Assembly: GCA_046293175.1 (NCBI GenBank) | Contig: JBKBPM010000001.1 | Span: forward strand, 4,484-68,483 | Source of the DNA: Minisyncoccia bacterium | GTDB lineage: Bacteria > Patescibacteriota > Minisyncoccia > Phycocordibacterales > UBA918 | Length of the DNA stretch: 64,000 nt | Direction: 5' to 3' | Part shown: piece after piece, positions 10,764-19,389 of the stretch | Layout of the letters: the number at the start of each line of letters is the position of its first letter | Numbering within the stretch: position 1 is the stretch's first letter | Notes under the pieces: generated by a model | What the model was told of the DNA's origin: nothing | Seen by the model: only the letters and a program-made list of their open reading frames with translations | The model's database searches: none | Translations under genes and position numbers: made by a program

Positions 10764-11016
10764 GTGACGTAATGGTATCACAGTCCGCTCGGCAACTGGT
10801 ATAGGGGGAACAAATAATCGCCAAAAAGGCATTACTTGACAGCACTTTATTTATCCACTGTAATTATTTGACACTTAGTTATTCCTGTGCTAGGTTAGGC
10901 GGGCTTGGGGGATGGTCTCCATCCTTACTGGCCCTGCTACCAACCCTGAGGGGCGTGGACGATTAGCGGGTTGCAACTCACCAGGGCTTTATGCCCGTAC
11001 TTGAAAGAGGCTTACG

Positions 11017-11436
11017 ATGAAACTGAAGAATTCCATGCTTGGCATCGCCGTCATCGCCCTGACCGCTGTTCTCGCCCTCCCGGCCGCCGCGACCGGTTCC
11101 GGCGGCTGCTGGTACTGTGGGGGTGTGAAGGAACGCTCTGCGACCTTCAGCTCGAATGCCGGTGGCGGTGTCGTCAATGAAGGGCAGGCCCTCGCAGCGG
11201 GCAAGAAAACCTTGACCTTGTCGACCTCTGTGTCGACCAAGGACCTGGGCGCTGGCGGTTCGGCCGTGGTCCCGGAGAAAGGCGATCCGAAGGCTTCGGC
11301 CTATTCCTATGCCGACTTCCAGACCTCGGGTCTTTCCATGTCGCTGGCGGTCGGGACGACGTCCGCTGCCGCAGCGTCGATGGAGACCGGCGAGGCGGTC
11401 GCTACGGGTTCGGCCGAGACCGCGGTCGACAACTAA
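11017..11436 (+). CDS. GC-rich orphan secreted protein (signal peptide, CWYC, Ala/Ser/Thr/Gly-rich)
   Basis: Upstream TTGACA promoter (~10868), AAGAGG SD-like site, downstream terminator at ~11462-11492. Confidence 0.75.
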   Translation: MKLKNSMLGIAVIALTAVLALPAAATGSGGCWYCGGVKERSATFSSNAGGGVVNEGQALAAGKKTLTLSTSVSTKDLGAGGSAVVPEKGDPKASAYSYADFQTSGLSMSLAVGTTSAAAASMETGEAVATGSAETAVDN

Positions 11437-11643
11437 GCCGATTCGTTCGGTTCAAGATAAAGGGGGTTCCAGCAATGGGACCCCCACTTTTTATACTTGA
11501 CAAATTAATCTAGATATGGTAGCTTTTGAGCGCTACCGTTATGGAGCCTGATACCCTTGGTTATCTTTGGGACCGCTATCAGATCTGTACTCGCCTGGGG
11601 ATGTCCCCAATCAAATCCAATGTCAAACTAGAAGGATGATGAC

Positions 11644-12396
11644 ATGTTGAATATCAAAACCTTGGCTCTGATGGGTGCTTTTGCTCTGAGCCCGCTGGCT
11701 GTCTATGCCAACGGGAGCGATGCGTCTTCGGAATCCAATGCGAATTCCCAGTCGACGTCGATCGCTGGCGCTCAGGCGCTCAACAACGTCGAGCTGAACT
11801 CGGTGGCTGTGGCCCTCTCGGGCACGGACTGCACCAATGGCGCCGGTGCCAGCTTCGCCGGTTTCGGTTTCGTCTTCCAGATGACCGATGCCGAGTGCAA
11901 GCAGCTGCGGGCTGCGCTGGCGATGGATACGACCGGCACCGGCTCGAAAGGCTCGGTTCGGGCGCTCATCATCGCCTCGGCTTCGACCAAGGGCTTCGCT
12001 CCACCTCCCGGCTTGCCGGCGACGGTCGAAACCTGCGATTACCGCCACGAGAACCGGACGCTCTTTTTCCGGTCGAGTGCCAACAGCCTCGAAGGCCAGC
12101 TGAGCGATCGTCTTGCGTGCATCATCAGCCGCGAAACCATGCTCGAGGTCAACCTGTCGGCGCTGCGGCACAAGACCGAGGCCCGCTTGGCCAAGCTCTC
12201 TGCTGCTTCGGCCCCGGCGGCCGTCTCGACGAAGAGCAATGGCGCCTCCAGGAGCCTGCTGTCTGTCACCGACACCAAGGTTCGGGTCCGGGTGAATGGG
12301 ATCAACTACCCGATCACCGGCAAGAACTTGGTCGACTGGCAGTCGGGTCGGCCCCTCAACTTCGGTGGTGTGTCGCTCACCAAGTTCGACTTCTGA
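11644..12396 (+). CDS. GC-rich orphan secreted protein (signal peptide, 4 Cys)
   Basis: TTGACA promoter (~11497), AAGGA upstream, MLNIKTLALMGAFALSPLAVYA signal, terminator hairpins at ~12410-12470. Confidence 0.75.
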   Translation: MLNIKTLALMGAFALSPLAVYANGSDASSESNANSQSTSIAGAQALNNVELNSVAVALSGTDCTNGAGASFAGFGFVFQMTDAECKQLRAALAMDTTGTGSKGSVRALIIASASTKGFAPPPGLPATVETCDYRHENRTLFFRSSANSLEGQLSDRLACIISRETMLEVNLSALRHKTEARLAKLSAASAPAAVSTKSNGASRSLLSVTDTKVRVRVNGINYPITGKNLVDWQSGRPLNFGGVSLTKFDF

Positions 12397-12567
12397 CACC
12401 GCACATCAACTGCACAGCGCGCTCGCGCGCTGTGCGCCTTGACCCCGTTCGCTTTGCGAGCGGGGTCTTTTACTTTGTATATACAATGGATGATTTTTTT
12501 ATATTGCATTTGGTTTCTAAATATGGTGACATAGAGTGAGAACAGGTTTTAATCAACGGGGGTGTCG

Positions 12568-12849
12568 ATGACTCAACAGGTGACAGTTACCACCAGTCTG
12601 CGTATGCAAATCATCGGCTTCTTCCTCATCACGATGGTGGGGATCCTCCTTTGGTTTGCTTTTGAACTACGGCAAGTAGTAAAGGGTCACGAAGTGGCAG
12701 CGTCATTGCACACTGCAGAAATCGTGCGCGTGGTAATGCCTGCCGAGGAAGTTCCTGGCATGTGCTTGCCATTGTTGCCGGTTAAATTGTGGAATCGAGA
12801 CCCGGCGACAGTACCCGATCCACCACCATGGACACGTGTGGTGGTCTAA
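12568..12849 (+). CDS. Small single-TM orphan protein
   Basis: GGGGGTG SD-like site, one TM helix, GGCCCCGTTC...AACGGGGCC terminator. Confidence 0.6.
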   Translation: MTQQVTVTTSLRMQIIGFFLITMVGILLWFAFELRQVVKGHEVAASLHTAEIVRVVMPAEEVPGMCLPLLPVKLWNRDPATVPDPPPWTRVVV

Positions 12850-12950
12850 AGCGGCTGCACAGGCCCCGTTCGAGAGAACGGGGCCTTGCTTGTAAAAACG
12901 GCTGATTTGTTGCATAATAAAATTGAATCACCAAGACAGAAAGGAGGTGT

Positions 12951-13148
12951 ATGGTGGTGCGGGAATACAAGGGTCCTGAAAGAAGAGGTCCAGATATGCT
13001 GATCAAACTGGTTTTTCTTGGGGTGATAACCTTGATGATTTATCTCACCTGGTTAGCTCCTCGACCGCAGCCTGGCTGTCTGGGTCAAGAACCGACTTGG
13101 GTGGTCGGTTTACCAACCTGTGATGGGTTGGTGCCATCAGAAGAATGA
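12951..13148 (+). CDS. Small single-TM orphan protein with YKGPERR motif
   Basis: Perfect SD AAGGAGGTG directly upstream; TM helix; GGCCTCGTCC..GGACGAGGCC terminator. Confidence 0.65.
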   Translation: MVVREYKGPERRGPDMLIKLVFLGVITLMIYLTWLAPRPQPGCLGQEPTWVVGLPTCDGLVPSEE

Positions 13149-13294
13149 AGAATCGTTTTTGGATTTAGAAGAAACATGGCCTCGTCCACAAGGACGAGGC
13201 CTCATTTTGTCTCATTTTTGCTGCTGGCCGCGCGGGCTTTTTACACCTGGTCAACCAGCCGCTTTGGGGTAGGTATTTTATCCGCGTTAAATGC

Positions 13295-13322
13295 TTGCAT
13301 TATTTTTCAATATCTGTATAAT
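13295..13322 (+). promoter_or_regulatory. Sigma70 promoter of the 16S transcript
   Basis: TTGCAT-N16-TATAAT (TG-extended) ~455 nt upstream of the 16S. Confidence 0.65.
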
Positions 13323-13776
13323 GCTCGCACTGTTCGTTGGAAGTAATTCAGGCCTTCTTTTGAGGTCTATCACTTTCGAAGGGAACACTGCATTTTGACA
13401 ACCTCGCGAAGAAGCATCTGAATCTTTGGTTCAGAAATTTATTCGTGGGAACCAAACTAATTTTGAGGAACTAGTTTTGGTCAATATCACTTATCTGATT
13501 CCCAAAATCAGATAGGTACGTATATTATTTTTTACATTTTTTAAAATGTAGACAAATGGTATGCATCAGCACAAATATAAGCAATTGAATATCGAATATT
13601 CTTTTGTCTTATCCTTAGGTAAATTGTTAGAAAGCAGCGGGAACCAAAGTACAGTACCGCTACATATTCAGTTATGAACTTTCTAGCGCAGATCACAGAA
13701 ATGAAAAATGAAGAATTATAAATGAAAAATTATTTTTTCATTTATAACTTCTCATTCATAATTTCTTTCTTCTGTC

Positions 13777-15233
13777 TTTAATTAGAGTTTGATCCTAGCT
13801 CAGGATGAATGCTGGCGGCGTGGATGAGGCATGCAAGTCGAATGGGTTTAGGCCCATGGCAGACGAGGTAGGAACACGTAGGTACGTACCCAAGAGTCAG
13901 GGATAACCGGCCGAAAGGTCGAATAATACTTGATGGTCCCTTCGGGGTAAAGATTTATCGCTCTTGGAACGGCCTGCGGGCTATCAGCTTGTTGGTAAGG
14001 TAACGGCTTACCAAGGCTACGACGGCTAGGGGAGGTGAGAGCCTGACCCCCACCGATGGAACTGCGACACGGTCCATACTCCTACGGGAGGCTGCAGTCG
14101 AGAATCTTCCGCAATGGACGAAAGTCTGACGGAGCGACGCCGCGTGGTGGATGAAGTCCCTCGGGACGTAAACACCTTTTATGAGGGAGGAAGTTTATTG
14201 ACGTTACCTCATGAATAAGGGGCTCCCAACTCTGTGCCAGCAGGAGCGGTAATACAGAGGCCCCAAGCATTATCCGGATTTACTGGGCGTAAAGGGTGCG
14301 TAGGCGGTTATATTAGTCGGGTGTTAAATCCCGGGGCTCAACCCCGGAATCGCATCCGAAACGGTATAACTAGAATCAGTCAGAGGCAAGCAGAACTCTC
14401 GGTGTAGGGGTGAAATCCGTTGATATCGAGGGGAATACCAAATGCGAAGGCAGCTTGCTGGGACTTGATTGACGCTGAGGCACGAAAGCGTGGGTAGCGA
14501 AGCGGATTAGATACCCGCGTAGTCCACGCCCTAAACGCTGTCTGTTGGCTATAGGGAGTATCGACCCTCTCTGTGGCGAAGTTAACACGTTAAACAGACC
14601 GCCTGGGTAGTACGAGCGCAAGCTTAAAACTCAAAGGAATAGACGGGGGCTCGCACAAGCGGTGGATCATGTGGCTTAATTCGTAGCTAAGCGAAAAACC
14701 TTACCAAGGCTAGAAACTATACTGCACGCTCCGGGAAACCGGAGAAGCCTTCGAGGGTGTATAGCAGGTGATGCATGGCCGTCGTCAGTTCGTGGCTTGA
14801 GCTGTTCCCTTAAGTGGGGAAACGAACGCAACCCTCGTTGCCTGTTACAAGTGTCAGGCGAGACTGCTCCCTCACGGGAGAGGAAGGTGAGGATGACGCC
14901 AGGTCAGCATGTCCCTTGATGCCTTGGGCTGCACACGTGATACAATGGGTGATACAATGGGACGCAATACCGTAAGGTGGAGCAAATCCCCAAAACCATC
15001 CTCAATTCGGATTGAGGTCTGCAACTCGACCTCATGAAGTCGGAATCGCTAGTAATCGTGAATCAGCACGTCACGGTGAATACGTTCCCGAGCCTTGTAC
15101 TCACCGCCCGTCAACTCAAGGGAGTCGGGAGTGCCCGAAGTGCCAGTTTATCTGGTCCTACGGTAAGCTCGATGACAGGGAGTAAGTCGTAACAAGGCAC
15201 GGCTAGCGGAAGCTGGTCGTGGATTAATTCCAA
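13777..15233 (+). rRNA. rrs: 16S rRNA, not linked to 23S; anti-SD absent
   Basis: AGAGTTTGATCCTAGCTCAG, ACTCCTACGGGAGGCTGCAG, ATTAGATACCC, AAGTCGTAACAAGG; leader 13601-13616 is complementary to trailer 15377-15392; ends approximate. Confidence 0.98.
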
Positions 15234-15507
15234 TTGGACACGTCGTTGCGTCTTGGTAACAAGATTGCACATAACGGCTAATTGGTCGATATTAGGTAGC
15301 TCAATTGACTACCTAATGAGTAGACGATACAGAACACTCTGAAGTGGTATCGGACTTTTAGGAAAGACTAAAGCCAAAGGATAAGACAAAAGAGCAGACG
15401 AGCAATTGCTTTTTTTGTACCCTATATTTGTTGCATATTGATATGAAGTGGGTGAAAAACACCGCTGTCCCGTAGGGACAGCGGTGTTTTTCGTATGGGC
15501 GATAGTT

Positions 15508-15957
15508 TTAGATATCAAAGACTGGCGGCAGCTCGCCCCGGGTGGCGCTTGGTGAACGTGGTTGTGGGCGAGGGGACGTGCATGGGGCGTAACTTGTATA
15601 GTCATCACTCAAATAATCTGGTACGACATCATTCCCGCAGTTATCAAGACCAAGACCATCGGTGAAGATATTAATAATGCCCCAAAACGAGAGAATAAAA
15701 ATGAAGACACCAATACTGTAGAGGGCGAGGTTCTTGGCGTTTTCTCGACCCTCTTCGGTAGCACCTTTAATTATAAAAAAACGAACACCGTTCCAGACAA
15801 AGATCAGAAAAGCAACCCCAAGCAGGAAGGGGATGAGATAATTGTTGAAAAATTGAAACAATACTGGTAGAGCATCTTGTAGACCGCCTGGCCCTGTGGC
15901 CATACTCATACCAGCGGCGATCACCAAAATGATGATCATTCCAAGTCCCATAGACAT
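15508..15957 (-). CDS. CPR TrbC/VirB2-like pilin-family membrane protein
   Basis: PFLLGVAFLIFVWNGVRF...EEGRENAKNLALYSIG...FWGIIN pattern. Confidence 0.7.
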   Translation of the reverse strand: MSMGLGMIIILVIAAGMSMATGPGGLQDALPVLFQFFNNYLIPFLLGVAFLIFVWNGVRFFIIKGATEEGRENAKNLALYSIGVFIFILSFWGIINIFTDGLGLDNCGNDVVPDYLSDDYTSYAPCTSPRPQPRSPSATRGELPPVFDI

Positions 15958-16103
15958 GCCACTACTATAGCGCATTTGTGGGCCTTTTTCACTGTTTTGC
16001 TGGGGAATTATTGACTTTTGGCCATTTTTGTGTATAATATTAAGTAAGTGGGGTGACCCACAAGGAGCTTGAAAACGCGCCTCGTGGCGCAAAAGGAGGA
16101 AAC

Positions 16104-16235
16104 ATGTTGAGAGAATTGCCTTGGATTCTGTTGGAATGTCTCATCAAGGCCGTCCTCGTTTTCGTCCCGGAGACGAAGATGACAGCCGAGGAGGCGAACC
16201 AGGAAGGTCCGCGGGACTACCTGTCCCGCAAATAA
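16104..16235 (+). CDS. 43-aa orphan protein
   Basis: TTGACT-N17-TATAAT promoter (16011-16039); AAGGAGG SD upstream of the ATG. Confidence 0.6.
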   Translation: MLRELPWILLECLIKAVLVFVPETKMTAEEANQEGPRDYLSRK

Positions 16236-16278
16236 CTTAACCAGCCCGCAAAGACGGGCATATGAGGAGAGAGCAGAA

Positions 16279-16425
16279 ATGACGCAAGAACAAATTGTAG
16301 AGCTGGTACAACGTCGTCCTTGGACGATGATCATTGCAGCTCTCATACTGGTGGCCGTGGTCACGGCGATTGGTTCTGGGATCGAAACCTACATCTACCC
16401 GGTGTTGAAGAGGTGGGGGCTGTGA
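16279..16425 (+). CDS. 48-aa single-TM orphan (MTQEQIVELVQRRPWTMIIAALILVAVVTAIG...)
   Basis: GAGGAG upstream, clear TM helix; shorter than any ORF listed in the track. Confidence 0.6.
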   Translation: MTQEQIVELVQRRPWTMIIAALILVAVVTAIGSGIETYIYPVLKRWGL

Positions 16426-16568
16426 AGGTTCACCCTCTTGACAGCAATGCAAACCTCCGCGTGAAGCTCAATCGCCGCTCACCCGGCCGATGGTTTCGCA
16501 AGGAAGTGCTGTCTTACTCACTGCATGTGCGAATGACTGTCGTACTGCTCGGGATTTGTGTTCTTTGA
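16422..16568 (+). CDS. 48-aa orphan, GTGA-coupled to the previous ORF
   Basis: GTG start overlaps the TGA stop; GAGGTGG upstream. Confidence 0.4.
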   Translation: MKVHPLDSNANLRVKLNRRSPGRWFRKEVLSYSLHVRMTVVLLGICVL

Positions 16569-16671
16569 TGGATGATGTAAGGAGGCGGAATCTGCCGCCT
16601 CTTGCTGCTTGGACATTCGGTCCCGGCAGCTTTTGTTTTATGAGACTATTTGCGGTACAATCTCGTGCATT

Positions 16672-16966
16672 GCCTAGGTGGTGTAATTGGTAGGTGAGAC
16701 AGTGTGGAGCACTGTCGAACGGCGCTTCAGGTGCGTATGCCGCAAGGCGTGGAGGCTGTCATAATCTGGGAGATTATGACAGGAAGTTGCTCGGTATTTT
16801 ATAAATTGAAGATATAGTGCTGGAGTGGTGTAATTGGTAGCCACGTACGCTTCAGGTGCGTATGCCGCAAGGCGTGGAGGTTCAAGTCCTCTCTCCAGCA
16901 CTATGTATTCAATAAGATACCAGCAACCTATACAGATTCTGTAAGAATCAAGTCCTCTCCTAGATA
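16672..16966 (+). pseudogene. Interrupted outer tRNA-Leu copy enclosing the intact tRNA-Leu
   Basis: Segments 16672-16693, 16723-16755 and 16948-16966 are collinear with tRNA-Leu and separated by hairpin inserts. Confidence 0.8.
16819..16900 (+). tRNA. tRNA-Leu(CAG)
   Basis: GCTGGAG/CTCCAGC acceptor, TT-CAG-GT anticodon loop, long variable arm, GGTTCAAGTCC T arm; CCA not encoded. Confidence 0.95.
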
Positions 16967-16970
16967 CAAA

Positions 16971-17006
16971 CATAAAACCTTTCGAGTCAACTCAAAAGGT
17001 TTTATG
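16971..17006 (+). terminator. Terminator-like hairpin after the tRNA-Leu locus
   Basis: CATAAAACCTTT...AAAGGTTTTATG. Confidence 0.65.
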
Positions 17007-17170
17007 CTACTTCATTTGAAATCTTTTTGCGTCTTTTGTCGTTACGAGTTACTAAGTATAATTTTCACAAGTTCAATTATACTAAGTACTCTTGACCACG
17101 ACTCACGGTTCGCAAGCTCACAACGTTCCGTCTCGGACAAAGGTCGTATCTACCAAAACTAGTAAATACT

Positions 17171-17215
17171 AACAACTAAAAACACCATTCCATAAGAATG
17201 GTGTTTTTAGTTGTT
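17171..17215 (-). terminator. Terminator-like hairpin after the tRNA-Ile locus
   Basis: 20-bp perfect inverted repeat AACAACTAAAAACACCATTC/GAATGGTGTTTTTAGTTGTT. Confidence 0.7.
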
Positions 17216-17222
17216 TCCTTTG

Positions 17223-17570
17223 TCCGCGCTCTAGGATTCGAACCTAGGACCTTTCGAGTGAGCCAGTTTGGGAAACTGGCGCAAGACTCATCCTGAATCT
17301 TTTGGAGCTTTGCGAACAAAAGAAGCGGATGAGTGGACAGCTCCTGTAAGGAGTCAGTCGAATGCTTTTAAATGTTCTTTTGCGTCTTTTGTCCGCGCTC
17401 TAGGATTCGAACCTAGGACCTTTCGAGTATCAGTCGAATGCTCTAGCCAACTGAGCTAAGCGCGGACAAAAGAAACAAAGAACATTGTAGCCAACCCTAT
17501 CAGCTCATAAATATCGCTGATTCGCTTCGCGACCGGAAAAATTACTATTCGCAATTTTTAGCTCGCGCGG
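17223..17570 (-). pseudogene. Interrupted outer tRNA-Ile copy enclosing the intact tRNA-Ile
   Basis: Segments 17223-17259, 17354-17366, 17488-17495 and 17560-17570 are collinear with tRNA-Ile. Confidence 0.8.
17392..17465 (-). tRNA. tRNA-Ile(GAT)
   Basis: CCGCGCT/AGCGCGG acceptor, TTCGA-CTGATAC-TCGAA anticodon arm, CTAGG-TTCGAAT-CCTAG T arm. Confidence 0.95.
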
Positions 17571-17638
17571 ACAAGGGCTTCTACGAAGCTTCTACAATGA
17601 CCGCTACTATAGCAGATTATTTTAGAAATTGTAAGGGG

Positions 17639-18214
17639 TTACAGGAAAAGGCGAAAGGCAGTATGCATGCCGTAGGCGTAGATACTTTGGTTGACTAAGT
17701 TACCCAAAAACAGCGGGATCATCATCGTTCGCCACGAGACGCCAAGTAAGGCGAGGGGGATGATCAGGGCTTCGTTTGGAATTGATATAAACGCAGCATA
17801 AAGAAAGATGATCGGAATAAGCCACTTCCGGTGGTGCTTGTGGATATGCTCGAGGCGGGTGATGAACTTGGGATATTTATGAGCGAGAGTGTCACGGCTG
17901 ATGCGGCCAAAGACATAGCCAATGAAGTCGGCGAGCAGGGTCCCAATGGTGAGGGCAAAAATGATACCAATAAGGTTCAGTCCCGCGGCGGTGAAGATGG
18001 GGGTGAAGGCAACAGCGGGGATGGGCAAGATAACATTAAGTCCTGCGATAGTTGCAATGACGACTACCCCGAAATAACCCAGAGAAGCCACCTGTGCCTG
18101 TAAGTCGGGTGTACGCAAAAGATACTCAGCAAAAAAGAGCGCACCAAAAGCCACGACAAGGAGTATTGTCAGGAGAAACAGACCAAAGAGCACTTGTTTC
18201 TTCCGCTTGACCAT
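17639..18214 (-). CDS. DedA/VTT (SNARE-associated) family membrane protein
   Basis: LPIP, GTLLADFIGYVFGR, IPNEALIIPLALLG motifs. Confidence 0.8.
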   Translation of the reverse strand: MVKRKKQVLFGLFLLTILLVVAFGALFFAEYLLRTPDLQAQVASLGYFGVVVIATIAGLNVILPIPAVAFTPIFTAAGLNLIGIIFALTIGTLLADFIGYVFGRISRDTLAHKYPKFITRLEHIHKHHRKWLIPIIFLYAAFISIPNEALIIPLALLGVSWRTMMIPLFLGNLVNQSIYAYGMHTAFRLFL

Positions 18215-18245
18215 TATAGGTAGTGTACCACGCTCGGTACGAGTA

Positions 18246-18440
18246 TTACCGAGAGAAGTCGGTTATGGTTGCTGGATCTTGATTGGCTATGGCTTCAAGT
18301 TGATTAGTGGTGGCTTCTAGTTCGGCAGTGGCAGTTGAGAGTTCGGTTGTGAGCGTATAGACAAAAAAAGCAAAGCCACCAACCAGGGTCCAAGCAATGT
18401 ATGGGAAAATACGGTACTGTTCGAGTGAACGCTTAGACAT
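18246..18440 (-). CDS. Small TM plus coiled-coil protein
   Basis: 64 aa with one TM helix; TAAAAT box just upstream of the ATG. Confidence 0.6.
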   Translation of the reverse strand: MSKRSLEQYRIFPYIAWTLVGGFAFFVYTLTTELSTATAELEATTNQLEAIANQDPATITDFSR

Positions 18441-18561
18441 AGTGGTATTTTAGCCGAATATTTTAATACAAACGAGGAAGGGGTGTGGATGCATTGACAA
18501 ATGAGTTTTGATATGTATAATGCTGTTATATCGTTATTTGCGAATCCGGGAAGGTAGTAAC

Positions 18562-19023
18562 ATGATGAAATCATCTGCACCGAGGCTTCTCTTGGGCGCT
18601 TCGGCAGTAAAACCTCGCGACCGAATGCTGCGGAGTATCCTGTCTCATGAATGCCAGGACACCACTGAATTCGAAGGGGGTGGTGATCAGACGACGGCAT
18701 TGGTCGACGAATTTCACCCTGCAGAGCTCGTCACCCTGAATCGCGAGGTCTCCCTTGTTCGGGTCTGGGGGCAGTCCGGGACCTTTCCAGTCCAGCGCTG
18801 GATTCTAAACCAGTTCTGTGGGCGGTACCCGGCATCTTCTCTTTACGAAGGCATGGCCTTGGCGGTGCGGCTCGGAACAACCTGGCAACGGGGACATCTC
18901 GAGGTGAAGGAGATCATTCCTTTTTCGACAGCTTCGCGGGTCGCAGAAGCGACTGCTACCCAATTGGTTGAAGAAATGATGTCGACAACCTCGTTGAGAA
19001 CGAAGCGGAGCCGGGGTGCATAA
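18562..19023 (+). CDS. GC-elevated orphan protein
   Basis: TTGACA-N16-TATAAT at 18494-18521, GGAAGGT upstream, GAGCCGGGG...CCCCGGCTC terminator. Confidence 0.6.
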   Translation: MMKSSAPRLLLGASAVKPRDRMLRSILSHECQDTTEFEGGGDQTTALVDEFHPAELVTLNREVSLVRVWGQSGTFPVQRWILNQFCGRYPASSLYEGMALAVRLGTTWQRGHLEVKEIIPFSTASRVAEATATQLVEEMMSTTSLRTKRSRGA

Positions 19024-19104
19024 CCCCGGCTCGTTTTTTTGTTACTTTTCGACTACTTCATGAGTACTATGAGCCAGACGCACAACAGAAGGGACATTAA
19101 GACA

Positions 19105-19389
19105 ATGGCAGACGTTGATATTTTTCACGCACCAAAGCGGTGTGCTGATAACCAACCGCCGTTGGCGGATGCCATCAGACGTATCCGGGTGGTAGCGCCA
19201 ATTACTGCGCAGCCACATCTGAAACGATTGGCGGATGAACTGGAATTTCGCACCCCTCACTGTCCCGATGCAGTTACCACCACGGCGGTGCGCAACTCCC
19301 TAGGGACAGTGCTGGGCAGTATGATCGATGCGGTGCCGTTTCGGCAGCGACATGAAGCCGCTTTCGATTTCTTCGGCTTAACCGACTGA
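19105..19389 (+). CDS. GC-elevated orphan protein
   Basis: AAGGGA upstream; CCGGGCATCG-CA-CGATGCCCGG terminator; start uncertain. Confidence 0.55.
   Translation: MADVDIFHAPKRCADNQPPLADAIRRIRVVAPITAQPHLKRLADELEFRTPHCPDAVTTTAVRNSLGTVLGSMIDAVPFRQRHEAAFDFFGLTD

Noticed and set aside
11623-12539. Long alternative-frame and antisense ORFs over 11644..12396
   Set aside because: Expected in GC-rich coding DNA; signal peptide, promoter and terminator support only 11644..12396 on the + strand.
14082-14621. ORFs or introns inside the 16S gene
   Set aside because: Antisense to conserved rRNA; the ~1.46 kb length leaves no room for an intron.
17260-17353. Group I intron in the anticodon of the outer tRNA-Ile
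   Set aside because: Only 94 nt, no recognisable P7 core or terminal G on the tRNA strand, and the copy has further inserts.
16672-17570. attL/attR of a prophage or ICE at the tRNAs
   Set aside because: No integrase or cargo genes, and both tRNA ends are duplicated around the intact gene.
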